DNA of 64,000 nt, taken from the IMG/VR virus record IMGVR_UViG_3300042879_003909, positions 79,772 through 143,771 of that record. One strand, 5' to 3'. A program made the position numbers and the translations under genes. This document shows positions 9,375 through 19,102 of this stretch, one piece after another. The notes below the pieces were generated by a model. It worked only from the letters and a program-made list of their open reading frames with translations. It searched no databases and was not told where the DNA came from. Position 1 is the stretch's first letter; the number at the start of each line of letters is the position of its first letter. Source of the stretch: a virus. Taxonomy: Duplodnaviria > Heunggongvirae > Uroviricota > Caudoviricetes.

Positions 9375-10183
9375 TATTTCTCCATCATTTTGATTATATA
9401 ATCCGTAGTAGCTTCATAAGTATATTTTTCTATAAAAGTTTTAATTCCGTTATTTATTTTATTATTTATCTCTTTCTCGGTCATATTAGCTAATTTGTCA
9501 TATAGATTAAATATATCTTTCACATGACACAAAACACCATATTCTTCGAAATTATCAAAATATGGAACCCAAGGATGATCGTAAATATAAACTGGTATAG
9601 AGTGGCACATCAGAGCTTCATAAATTCTAAAAGATGTTTTTCCATAGCCTCTGGGACATAATGAAAATACGGTTTGATTCATTATATTTAAGTACGAATT
9701 ATAATCATATCTTTTATCAGTAATCACTACATTTGGTTTATCTTTTAATTCATTTGTCATTATTTCTCTAACAGAATGTCTACCATAAATAGCCCCCACA
9801 AAGCTGCACAAAAAGCGTCTTTTTTCAATAGATATATTTGGCGCATTGCAATAAAAATAACTATTTAAAGGTATCGGATAATCCCCCATGCCCCCACTAG
9901 AAAAAATTAACAAATCTAAATCATGAATTTTATTAAGTATACCGTCGTCCCATTGAACTATTGTAAAGTATCTTTTGGATCTATCTAAAGAGTCTAGATA
10001 TCTTTGTAAATCAGATGTATCATCTTGTCCATAGTTTTTAGATATATAATAATTTGTCCAATAAATTGGTAGATATTCTCTTTTAAGTTTTGGTTTATTT
10101 AAAGAAATATATTTTCCAAAATACTCTTCAAAAATCATAATATTTTTAGGCGGATTTTCGTGATTTGTCGAGATATCAAACAT
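9374..10183 (-). CDS. exostosin-like (GT47-like) glycosyltransferase
   Basis: FSLCPRGYGKTSFRIYEALMCHSIPVYIYD exostosin-type C-terminal motif. Confidence 0.5.
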   Translation of the reverse strand: MFDISTNHENPPKNIMIFEEYFGKYISLNKPKLKREYLPIYWTNYYISKNYGQDDTSDLQRYLDSLDRSKRYFTIVQWDDGILNKIHDLDLLIFSSGGMGDYPIPLNSYFYCNAPNISIEKRRFLCSFVGAIYGRHSVREIMTNELKDKPNVVITDKRYDYNSYLNIMNQTVFSLCPRGYGKTSFRIYEALMCHSIPVYIYDHPWVPYFDNFEEYGVLCHVKDIFNLYDKLANMTEKEINNKINNGIKTFIEKYTYEATTDYIIKMMEK

Positions 10184-11066
10184 TAGAAGATCCTATAAAA
10201 AATTTAGATTTTGGTTGCCAGCTAGAATGCCATAAATGACAGGCCATGCTATAAGGTTCTATAAATTGATTTATAAATTCTAAAGATTGATTTTCTCTAT
10301 ATGCTGCCGGAAATGGATGAAAAATTTTTGATGGAAAAATCAATATGTCTTCAGTGCTTTTATTTTTTAAATGATAAAGTATAGCGGCTGTTAATAACCA
10401 AGGCCCGGTCTGATATAGAACTCTTGTTTGATCACACGATATTTCATTTATGTATTTAGTATCATCTACGTTATAAATGCATATTTTTAGTATATGATGA
10501 TTTGGTACAGATGCCATAATGCCATTATTTATTTGAACTGGTTTTTCTAAGCATATACCAGCATAAAATGAAGTAGATTCATGAAGCTTTGCAAAATCGG
10601 TAGAACAGCACAAAAAATCTGTGTCTACGTATAATCCGCCCATTGAATGAAGTATTTCATATCTTAAAACGTCTGATTTTATACCAAAACTTTTGGATCT
10701 TTCAAATATTGCTAAAGATGGCCGATTTAATAAAAATTTTTTAGCTTTATAATCGTCCCATATTTCTACATCAAATCCTGTTTTTTGCTTCCAGTCATCT
10801 ATAATTTCGCAGTACGCTTCTGGCAGTTTACTACCTAGCCATATAAAATGTATAACTTTTGGTATAGGATTCGATGTTTTACTATTTTGATTTTTATAAA
10901 AAATGTTTTTAATTAATTGCCAATCTAAATCTAATTCGGCAAGGTTTATATCAAATAAAGAAGTTTCAACTTGACATCTTTCAAAAAAATTATCTTCATG
11001 ATTTAACATACAGAGCATCTCCCCATGACGCACTTTGCCAAAAAGTATATACATTAGTAAAGCCAA
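10176..11066 (-). CDS. GT32 (Gly_transf_sug / OCH1-like) glycosyltransferase
   Basis: IHFIWLGSKLP and MGGLYVDTDF (DxD) motifs typical of GT32; the true start is probably an internal Met, which reduces the overlap with the upstream gene. Confidence 0.55.
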   Translation of the reverse strand: MALLMYILFGKVRHGEMLCMLNHEDNFFERCQVETSLFDINLAELDLDWQLIKNIFYKNQNSKTSNPIPKVIHFIWLGSKLPEAYCEIIDDWKQKTGFDVEIWDDYKAKKFLLNRPSLAIFERSKSFGIKSDVLRYEILHSMGGLYVDTDFLCCSTDFAKLHESTSFYAGICLEKPVQINNGIMASVPNHHILKICIYNVDDTKYINEISCDQTRVLYQTGPWLLTAAILYHLKNKSTEDILIFPSKIFHPFPAAYRENQSLEFINQFIEPYSMACHLWHSSWQPKSKFFIGSSNV

Positions 11067-11637
11067 AGTTTTTTAAAAATTCATCAATTTCATTAATCAT
11101 AGGGCACCCTTCATAGACCTCATTTCTATTAACTTCTGCAACTATAAAGTCTATGTGCTTTAAATTATTAATGGCACCTTTTAGGACTTTTAACTCATAT
11201 CCCTGAACATCTATAGCTAAAAAGTTGTATTGACTCATGTTTATTTGTTCTTGCTCAACTACGTCGTCTAATTTTTTAATTTGGCATTTTTCTATAGTTC
11301 CATCAAAAATTACAGAAGGATGTTCGGTCAAATGAACTTTGGGCTTTAAAAAAGAGCTAGATGCACCAGAGCCATTTACTATTCCTCCCTCTGTTTGAGA
11401 TATATTAAGCTCTAGTTCTGTTTCCTCGTCTCCCAGTCCAATATTATAGACCTTTTCTGCTGGTAGTAATTTAGATTTAATGATATTGTATAGATGTTCT
11501 TGTGGCTCAAACAAAATTGTATTTGTTAAACCTTCTTTTCTATATTCTTTAATTTCTGATCCGCAAAATGCTCCAACATGAATGATACCACGAACTGGGC
11601 CAAAAGAGTTTGAAATTTGTTCTATGCTAAATATCAT
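10996..11637 (-). CDS. FkbM-family methyltransferase
   Basis: IIHVGAFCGSE and FLAIDVQGYELKVLKGA motifs. Confidence 0.55.
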   Translation of the reverse strand: MIFSIEQISNSFGPVRGIIHVGAFCGSEIKEYRKEGLTNTILFEPQEHLYNIIKSKLLPAEKVYNIGLGDEETELELNISQTEGGIVNGSGASSSFLKPKVHLTEHPSVIFDGTIEKCQIKKLDDVVEQEQINMSQYNFLAIDVQGYELKVLKGAINNLKHIDFIVAEVNRNEVYEGCPMINEIDEFLKNFGFTNVYTFWQSASWGDALYVKS

Positions 11638-12458
11638 ATTAATTTTATCTCCGTATGTGGCGAAAAAACTTGACTAAAATCTAAGTTGTTTAAATTAATC
11701 CTAAGTCCATTAAGATATAGCTGATTCAAATGATCTTCGCAGTATGAATACTGATCGCCCGATCTATTCTGATACTCTAATTGTACTCTATTGTTTGGAC
11801 TATTAACAACACAGCTATACTTTGGGCATGCTTTTATGGCCCCGACCTCAAAGAAGTATCTTTGTAAAAGTCCCTCTAGTTTGTTTGGTGTTTGCGTTAC
11901 TTTTCGTATATTATTTCCTTGATATATTTCATATAAAATATTGTATATCTTTTGTTTATTAAAAATGTGGCCATCAACAGACAAGGGATAATTCCAATAA
12001 CTTTGTGGCAATATATTCATTCTATTCCAAAATAATGAATTATCCGCCTCGGCAAATGCTGGCTGGGGATCATTATACCAAACATCTCCCATTTGTCTTT
12101 TTGCTATATTTAGACCCAGTCTTAACGAATGACAAGCATAACTGTCGTCATCTAGATAAGATAGATCTAAAGATGGAGCACTTCTATAAAATATGTCATC
12201 GTCCGTAAAAAATACAATATATTTATTTTTAGAATTTCTACATGATTCCCAAGTATCTTTATAAAATTCTATTTGTTCTATGGATATAACTTTAGATCTG
12301 TATTCCTTGAATAAATTATTGTATGACTCTTTGTGTTCTTCATCAGCTTTCCATATGATTCTTATCTGATCGCATTGTTTGAAGTTTTGTTCTATGCTTC
12401 TTAGCAATAAATCTAGCTGTAGGGCCCTATTTTTACTAAACACTATAGCAGATATCAT
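11634..12458 (-). CDS. putative GT-A-like glycosyltransferase
   Basis: N-terminus MISAIVFSKNRALQLDLLLRS resembles a GT2/GT-A start; otherwise only weakly supported. Confidence 0.3.
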   Translation of the reverse strand: MISAIVFSKNRALQLDLLLRSIEQNFKQCDQIRIIWKADEEHKESYNNLFKEYRSKVISIEQIEFYKDTWESCRNSKNKYIVFFTDDDIFYRSAPSLDLSYLDDDSYACHSLRLGLNIAKRQMGDVWYNDPQPAFAEADNSLFWNRMNILPQSYWNYPLSVDGHIFNKQKIYNILYEIYQGNNIRKVTQTPNKLEGLLQRYFFEVGAIKACPKYSCVVNSPNNRVQLEYQNRSGDQYSYCEDHLNQLYLNGLRINLNNLDFSQVFSPHTEIKLI

Positions 12459-13443
12459 TCATTTTTTCCTTATTGTCGTAAAACCAATTTAGAGTTAAGT
12501 CCAAGCCTTCGCTAAGCCTATATAGCGGCCTGTAATCTAGCAATGTCTCTGCCCTTGCTATAGATAAGCTTCTTCTGGGTTGACCCTCTAATTTATCGCC
12601 CCTGAATATAAAACCACCATTGTAGCCCATCTTTTTAGCTAATAAGTGAACCAGTTCTCTAATTGTTGTTTCATCTCCCGTGCCTACATTTATTGGACTA
12701 GCTCCAGTTCTTTTATCCATAGATAAAATCAAAGCATTTACGCAATCATCTACGTATAGAAATTCTCTAGTAGCTTTTCCTGAGCCCCAAACTTCTATAG
12801 AGTTTAGCTTATTATTTATGGCATTATCGATTTTTAATATCAGGGCCGGGATAACATGGCTCGTTGTAAGATTGAAATGATCTTCTGGCCCATACATATT
12901 AGCTGGGATAATAACGGTTGAGTTAAATTCATATTCTTTTTCATACGCTATTAACATTTCGTTGATTGTTTTTTTAGCTATGCCGTATGGAGCATTGGTT
13001 TCTTCTGGATATCCATTCCACATATCTTCTTCAGAAAAAGGTGGTGCTGTATACTTTGGATAACTGCATACTGTTCCAACCATAATAAACTTTTTTAATT
13101 TGCCATACTTTCTGCACGATTCAATCAGATTAATCCCCATAGCAAGATTTTCATAAATAAACATTCCCGGGTGTTGTGAGTTAGCTAATATTCCTCCTAC
13201 TCTAGCTGCTGTGTGGATCACTATGTCCGGCTGAGTATGATTGATTAGATAATCGACATATCTTTGATTGGTTAAATCGCATTCTGTCTTTCCAGACAGT
13301 TTTACTATATTGTCATATCCAAGATATTCAAGTTTATTGATTAAATTCTTTCCAAGAAACCCCTGTGCTCCACTAACTAAGATTTTCATCATAATATTTA
13401 TTCCATGAAGATAAAATTGTTTCAGACAAATCTTTATAACCAA
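12436..13443 (-). CDS. fcl: GDP-L-fucose synthase (GDP-4-keto-6-deoxymannose 3,5-epimerase/4-reductase)
   Basis: Rossmann motif VSGAQGFLG; SDR catalytic YGIAKK (YxxxK); extended similarity to Fcl/GMER (HTAARVGGILAN..FIYENL..GTVCSYPK..PYGIAKK..PANMYGPEDHF..HVIPAL). Confidence 0.75.
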   Translation of the reverse strand: MVIKICLKQFYLHGINIMMKILVSGAQGFLGKNLINKLEYLGYDNIVKLSGKTECDLTNQRYVDYLINHTQPDIVIHTAARVGGILANSQHPGMFIYENLAMGINLIESCRKYGKLKKFIMVGTVCSYPKYTAPPFSEEDMWNGYPEETNAPYGIAKKTINEMLIAYEKEYEFNSTVIIPANMYGPEDHFNLTTSHVIPALILKIDNAINNKLNSIEVWGSGKATREFLYVDDCVNALILSMDKRTGASPINVGTGDETTIRELVHLLAKKMGYNGGFIFRGDKLEGQPRRSLSIARAETLLDYRPLYRLSEGLDLTLNWFYDNKEKMNDICYSV

Positions 13444-14425
13444 ATAGAGATAAAAATTGTGCCGCTCTATGATAGTTTGTATGATTTTTTAGAACAATAG
13501 CTTGTCCAGTCTTTGATATAATATTAGCCTGATCCCTGTTTTGTAAGAAATAATCTATTTTTTGTTTAAAGTCTTCTTCGTTATCAGCAAAAACCATTCC
13601 ATCTTGAAATATTCTTTTGTGGGAGGCTACATTATCACCTATACAAAATCCCCCGGCGGCTAATACTTTAAAACTTCTTTCATTTATTTCTATACCGTAT
13701 TCATGAGCATGTGGCTCGCTCAAATTGGGGCATATTTTTGCCGAAACAAAAAGATCTTTAACTTTATTTTCATTAATGTGTCCGCAATATTGGTTTACCC
13801 CAGTCCATCCCTGATTTCCGAAAATTTTAATATTGTATTTATTAACAGGATAACATAGTGGAAGCAAATACCTGTTGATAGTTTGGGCCTTATACGACCA
13901 ATATCCTCCAACAAATCCTATGTCGCACTCTAAAGATGGATCGTAAGAGCCTCCTAAATAAGAGTGAACATCGGCACACAGCATAATTCCGGCCACTGGT
14001 ATACCCGCTTGTATAAAGCGAGAATGTGTCATATTAGCCTGATCTTGTTCATAATGAATGTAAACAAAATTGGGCTGCCCGGTGGTCCTATGTAGTTCTT
14101 CTACGGCCTTAAACTCCGCTTCTGATGTCTGCAAAATGTTAAATCTTGGATCAGTTTTAAAATCTCCACAGTCACCAGCCCTTAATGCCACTTGAAGATG
14201 TGGTCTATTTTTGATACATTTGACGGTAGCCCTATCTAGATTATAAAGCTGGCCAATAAATATGTCTGGCTCAAATTCGTCAAAAACCCTGAAAGCTGGA
14301 TCTTTTACATTATACATCTTTGCTTCAATAGAGGCAATACTGTTAAAAGCATTTATCCAAGCCATTCTTTCAAAATAGTGTGCATGGTAGCCATCATTAG
14401 CTATCAATATTTTTAATTTTTTCAT
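13373..14425 (-). CDS. CgeB-like (DUF3880/Glyco_trans_1_2) GT-B glycosyltransferase
   Basis: C-terminal FKVLAAGGFCIGDN...FADNEEDFKQKIDYFLQN...LKNHTNYHRAAQFL resembles the CgeB family. Confidence 0.4.
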   Translation of the reverse strand: MKKLKILIANDGYHAHYFERMAWINAFNSIASIEAKMYNVKDPAFRVFDEFEPDIFIGQLYNLDRATVKCIKNRPHLQVALRAGDCGDFKTDPRFNILQTSEAEFKAVEELHRTTGQPNFVYIHYEQDQANMTHSRFIQAGIPVAGIMLCADVHSYLGGSYDPSLECDIGFVGGYWSYKAQTINRYLLPLCYPVNKYNIKIFGNQGWTGVNQYCGHINENKVKDLFVSAKICPNLSEPHAHEYGIEINERSFKVLAAGGFCIGDNVASHKRIFQDGMVFADNEEDFKQKIDYFLQNRDQANIISKTGQAIVLKNHTNYHRAAQFLSLFGYKDLSETILSSWNKYYDENLS

Positions 14426-15068
14426 TTTTTAAATCCTTGACAGAGTCTATTTCTACTATTTGCATATTGTGTGGTTCATAACAATGAAAAGTTCCGCCTC
14501 TTTCGATTACCATATTAATAATTTCAAAAACAAATTTTTCATCAATTTTTTCCCAAATAATTTCTTTTAGTATTTTTAATTCTTTGCCAGTAAAAAAAGC
14601 TATTTGACACCATTTCTTTTTTAACCCATAGGATAGATTTGCAACTATATCACCATTAGTAACGATTCCTACCTCTTTATCATGTATTTGATTTTTTGTA
14701 TCAACTATTATGAACGATTTTTCTTTTGGTACATCAATTGTATCAACGTTAAACAATAGGTCGCCATGCATTACCAAAACAGAATCTACAGAATTTTTTA
14801 AGGCTAGTTTGATACCATGACTCGGATTTGTATTTATAAAATCTTTATTTTCTATAAATTTAATCTTGCTATCAGATAGTTTTTTGTTTAATTTACAGGA
14901 CTTATATCCTGTAACAACAGTGATATCTTTTCCAAAAGTTTTATGAACATTACTAATTTGGTAGTCTATTAATGTTTTTTCTTTTATTTTTAATAAAGAT
15001 CTAGGCTCATGGCTTTTCATGCGGGCGCAGACGCCAGCCGCTAAAATGATTGTTTGATTTTTTTTCAT
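14397..15068 (-). CDS. sugar-phosphate nucleotidyltransferase
   Basis: N-terminal TIILAAGVCARMKSHEPRSLLKI matches the NTP_transferase G-loop (ILAAGxGxRx..PK.L). Confidence 0.5.
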   Translation of the reverse strand: MKKNQTIILAAGVCARMKSHEPRSLLKIKEKTLIDYQISNVHKTFGKDITVVTGYKSCKLNKKLSDSKIKFIENKDFINTNPSHGIKLALKNSVDSVLVMHGDLLFNVDTIDVPKEKSFIIVDTKNQIHDKEVGIVTNGDIVANLSYGLKKKWCQIAFFTGKELKILKEIIWEKIDEKFVFEIINMVIERGGTFHCYEPHNMQIVEIDSVKDLKNEKIKNIDS

Positions 15069-15871
15069 ATTCTTTGCTGTAAAATCTTTGCATTTTCGTT
15101 AAAAATTTCCGTAGTCATTTTTAAAGATTGATTTTTTCCCGTCATTCTTACTAGTGATAACGACTCTGGAACGTGTTTCATTATACATACTTTCGAAAGC
15201 CTAAGCCATAAGTCATAGTCTTCGGTGCATCCAATAAAGCCTTTGCTTAATGGGCCATGTAGTCTAACATCATATGCATCTCCATTTTCCAGCAATACTT
15301 TTTCTAGATAGGACTTTCTTATTAGGGCCCCGGAATGAACTATGCATCTTTGCATCAATACGGAAGGACTGTATGGCTCCTTATATTCTCTTTTAATATA
15401 TCCGTCCTGAAATATATCATAGTCTCCATAAACCACCCCAACATTTGGATCACTCATTTGTGCTAGTAGTTTTTCTACCTTGTTGGGATAATAAATATCA
15501 TCTGCATCCAGTATGGCAAAAAAATCAGACGATGACCACAGTCGTTTAATCAATGTATTTCGGGCAGCAGAAGCGCCCTGATTTTCTGTATTTATATATG
15601 TAAAATTTGCGTTTGATATTATGTTAGGCTTTATAGACGTAGCTTGAGATAAAGAATAAATATAGCTCACTATCTCATTATGAGAATTATCTGTTGACCC
15701 ATCGTTAATAATCCCAACATGACAGCGATATGTTTGATTAAGGGCGCTTTTTATAGCATCAACCACCATGTCTCCATAATTGTAGTTAGCTATTATAATA
15801 GAAACTTTATTCATTAAAAATATCCTTCCAGTCTGATATACAATCTGGGTCTTCAGCCCGAAGTGACTCAA
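15065..15871 (-). CDS. glycosyltransferase family 2
   Basis: VSIIIANYNYGDMVVDAIKSALNQTY, INDGSTDNS and ILDADDIYY (DxD) motifs. Confidence 0.65.
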   Translation of the reverse strand: MSHFGLKTQIVYQTGRIFLMNKVSIIIANYNYGDMVVDAIKSALNQTYRCHVGIINDGSTDNSHNEIVSYIYSLSQATSIKPNIISNANFTYINTENQGASAARNTLIKRLWSSSDFFAILDADDIYYPNKVEKLLAQMSDPNVGVVYGDYDIFQDGYIKREYKEPYSPSVLMQRCIVHSGALIRKSYLEKVLLENGDAYDVRLHGPLSKGFIGCTEDYDLWLRLSKVCIMKHVPESLSLVRMTGKNQSLKMTTEIFNENAKILQQRI

Positions 15872-16610
15872 TTCTTTCTAGGAATGTTCTATTGTCTACT
15901 TCTCCATCTTCCATCATCTTGGGGCTATTTCCACCAATCAGCTTGTATAGTGCGGCCTGAATAAGAAATGTCCTGTTGTCTTTTTTGCTACAGTATACCA
16001 ATCGTTTCATTTGATTATTTATTCTATCATTTACTTTGGTAGTCAAGCTCTTAGATGGTATATCCGCTTCATCAAAAAATACTATCCAGCCATTTTTGCA
16101 AAAGCCAAGAGAATCATCTATTGCTTGATAGATATCATAGTCTGCGTCTGGTGGCATCAATATATTGTATTCAACAATCTTTTCATTTTTCGATAACGAT
16201 TCTAGTAGTTCAAAAATTTCTAAATTATATTCGGGCCTGTCATTTACCACAATAATAAATTTTCTAGAATAGTCTTGTTCATATAATGATTCAACTATTG
16301 ACTTAAAGGTATCCATATTATAATTAAATTTAATAATAATAGATAGCCTTGGCGAAACTTCTTTATTTACTACTTCTACAGCCTTTTGAATATCGTTTTC
16401 GCAATATTTTTCTAGCCATTCTACTGGCCTTCTTGCGTTACAAAATCTATTAAATGTAAAATAAGATATACCATCTTCTACTTCGGAATTATTATCTGGA
16501 TTTAATTTTTGTACACGCTTTAGCCTACAATCATACTGTGTATCTATGCCTTTAAAGCTAACATATTCGGCAAAAACACAGTCTTTACAAGAAAATTTAA
16601 TTTCGCTCAT
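15807..16610 (-). CDS. putative GT2-like glycosyltransferase with an N-terminal Cys-containing extension
   Basis: LSIIIKFNYNMDTF...IIVVNDRPE resembles a GT-A N-terminus; the rest is unassigned. Confidence 0.3.
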   Translation of the reverse strand: MSEIKFSCKDCVFAEYVSFKGIDTQYDCRLKRVQKLNPDNNSEVEDGISYFTFNRFCNARRPVEWLEKYCENDIQKAVEVVNKEVSPRLSIIIKFNYNMDTFKSIVESLYEQDYSRKFIIVVNDRPEYNLEIFELLESLSKNEKIVEYNILMPPDADYDIYQAIDDSLGFCKNGWIVFFDEADIPSKSLTTKVNDRINNQMKRLVYCSKKDNRTFLIQAALYKLIGGNSPKMMEDGEVDNRTFLERIESLRAEDPDCISDWKDIFNE

Positions 16611-17023
16611 TCCAATGTGCCCACTATAATTAAAGTAAAGTTTTTAATTTGCTTTTGATTAATTTTAAATCCGAGTCTATTTAATATATCAAAAATAAAA
16701 TCAGAACTAATAAAACTCTTTATTGATTGACCGCTGTGGAAAAAACAATCATTGAAGTCATTAAATGTTATAGAGCCCGTAGTCAACATATGAGATAATA
16801 GCTCGATATCTGTCAAATATAGTATCAATTTGCCGCCCTTTTTGATTTTAGAAGCGATTAATTGTAAAATATTTTCAATTTCTTTTAATGAAAATGAATG
16901 AAGTATATCGTCTACCATTATTTCTGTAGCTTCACCGTCATCAGCTATGATATTAAGTGAATTTGGACTATTTACCCATAGGCTATCTTCGTGGTCGTTG
17001 GTGTTACTAAAAGCTATTTTCAT
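16607..17023 (-). CDS. hypothetical protein
   Basis: ORF only. Confidence 0.3.
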   Translation of the reverse strand: MKIAFSNTNDHEDSLWVNSPNSLNIIADDGEATEIMVDDILHSFSLKEIENILQLIASKIKKGGKLILYLTDIELLSHMLTTGSITFNDFNDCFFHSGQSIKSFISSDFIFDILNRLGFKINQKQIKNFTLIIVGTLE

Positions 17024-18006
17024 GAATACAAAACCTCCTCAAAAACTGTGTTCCATTTATTTATAAACTGATTTAAATTATATTTTTCTTTAATTGTTTT
17101 TTGTGCATTTAAGCCAAGCTCTCTTGCACGACTCGGATTGTCTAGTAATTCTTGGCAGTATTTTTTTAACTCATTAGGGTTATTGCTAATTAGTCCGTTT
17201 TCTCCATGCTGTATAATTTCTGGTATCATACATGTAGCTGTAGATACAATAGCACAACCACACGCCATAGCTTCCATCATAGACATTGGTACGGGCGAAT
17301 GAATCGAAGTATTCAGAAATATGCTTGATTTATTATAAATATCTTTTAGTTCATCCAATGTTGTCGCCGCCTCCGAAAGCCCGGGATTTTTTCCCGCTAC
17401 TCTGATTGGTTTTTGTTGACTGGAATTAAAACTAACTACATCTTTCCATAGCTCCCATCCACAGGCCCAGTCTCGACTTGACCAATAATTCACAACAGAT
17501 AACAGCACATTATCTCTTTCTTTTTGTTCGTCTAGCCAAAAATCGGTATCCATACCATGATTAATAAACCTAGAATTATTTTTATTATAGCCCCAGCTAT
17601 TCATATTAAATTCTGAGATAAATGTAGTTAAATCTACTTTTACAGACTGAAACGCATATTTTTGCTGATCTAAATTGTATCTGATATCGGGCAAGACATG
17701 ACAGTGTCTAATGATTGGTATATTACAATACTCTTGAATATCTTGAGCTACATTAATTCTTTCATCAGACGTATGCACCAATATAAGGTCAAACTCTTGA
17801 TGATATGGTATTTGATTAATAATGTGATAATTTTCTGGCACTGGGGCGTATGAAGAATCCCACTCCTTTCCATTTTTTAAACAAAAGAAATTATGCCCGG
17901 TTTTACATAGATTGGATTCATATCTTTCGTGGGTTGCTCCAACAACTATAATATTTAGGGGTTTTTCTCTAGTTGCCTGTCTAATCAAAGATTTAAGTAA
18001 GTCCAT
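17020..18006 (-). CDS. GT4-family (GT-B) glycosyltransferase
   Basis: SMMEAMACGCAIVST...GENGLI (E-x7-E type motif). Confidence 0.6.
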   Translation of the reverse strand: MDLLKSLIRQATREKPLNIIVVGATHERYESNLCKTGHNFFCLKNGKEWDSSYAPVPENYHIINQIPYHQEFDLILVHTSDERINVAQDIQEYCNIPIIRHCHVLPDIRYNLDQQKYAFQSVKVDLTTFISEFNMNSWGYNKNNSRFINHGMDTDFWLDEQKERDNVLLSVVNYWSSRDWACGWELWKDVVSFNSSQQKPIRVAGKNPGLSEAATTLDELKDIYNKSSIFLNTSIHSPVPMSMMEAMACGCAIVSTATCMIPEIIQHGENGLISNNPNELKKYCQELLDNPSRARELGLNAQKTIKEKYNLNQFINKWNTVFEEVLYS

Positions 18007-19102
18007 TCAATATCTCCCGAATAATTTTCCCTACTGACTGATGACTAAATTTTTCTTTAGTTTCTTTAGAAAGTTTTTCTTTATTGCTTATAAGATAATC
18101 TTTATTTTCATAAACCGATCTCATGGTTGATCTTAAAGACTGTACATTGATATCTTCCCACATTTCTGCGGAACTTTGAATTTCTGGGAGGGCTTGCTGC
18201 ATACCAAAACAATCATCTATGCTAGACTGAATTCCGCAAGAGTTACTCATCGCATAAGTAGCTGTACCAGTATTATTGGTATAAATTAAATTTAATCCTA
18301 GAGCCTGCGCCTCTAATGCAGGAATGCAACAGGCTTCTCCGTGACTGGAACAAACAAAAGTATGACATTGATTAAGGATAGATATATAATCATCATTTTT
18401 CATATGTCCACAAATAACAGAAATGTTTTGGTATTTTTTTCTTATTTTAAGCCCGGACTTTATATATTCATTTAGTTTATTAAATTCTGCCATACAATGA
18501 TCGCTATTCATGTTTGAACTTAGTTTAATAAATAAATTAACCGGTTCTGCTGGATGAAACTCTGTATAGAATGCCCTTAGTAAGGCCGACAGATTCTTTC
18601 TATTATTCCACTCTCCAATAAAGCAAAAATTAAACACATTTTCTAGCTCGGATATCGACGCTGTTCTTTTGTTAATATTGTACTTTTCTGGATCAATGCT
18701 GTATGTTACAACATCAATAGGTATTGATACTTGGCTACGTATGGATGCTTCTTTGTTTTGATCGCACATTACCCAAGCTCTGTCTAGTAAATTTATATAT
18801 TTATGCCATTTACTAAAATAAAAATCTTGTGATTCAACACAATAAAACCCAACATTTTTAATTTTGGAATTATAGTAATAATGCTTTGGTAAACAGTGCT
18901 GAATACAAATACTTGCCCCTGTTACTTGTTTTTTTTCAAGGCTTTCTATGATTGGGTTAGTGCCTCTTTGTGGTCCGAAAGAAATAGCTCTTGGTACAAC
19001 ATCAATACCAACAGAGTGCATAGCTAAAATATTTGCTTCAGCCGCAGACCCCCAGCCCCCTACATCTTTATAATTCCCTATGTATAAAACTTTCATAAAC
19101 AA
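17993..19102 (-). CDS. GT4-family glycosyltransferase
   Basis: CSSHGEACCIPALEAQALGLNLIYTNNTG motif; N-terminus MKVLYIGNY...GGWG. Confidence 0.55.
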   Translation of the reverse strand: MFMKVLYIGNYKDVGGWGSAAEANILAMHSVGIDVVPRAISFGPQRGTNPIIESLEKKQVTGASICIQHCLPKHYYYNSKIKNVGFYCVESQDFYFSKWHKYINLLDRAWVMCDQNKEASIRSQVSIPIDVVTYSIDPEKYNINKRTASISELENVFNFCFIGEWNNRKNLSALLRAFYTEFHPAEPVNLFIKLSSNMNSDHCMAEFNKLNEYIKSGLKIRKKYQNISVICGHMKNDDYISILNQCHTFVCSSHGEACCIPALEAQALGLNLIYTNNTGTATYAMSNSCGIQSSIDDCFGMQQALPEIQSSAEMWEDINVQSLRSTMRSVYENKDYLISNKEKLSKETKEKFSHQSVGKIIREILNGLT

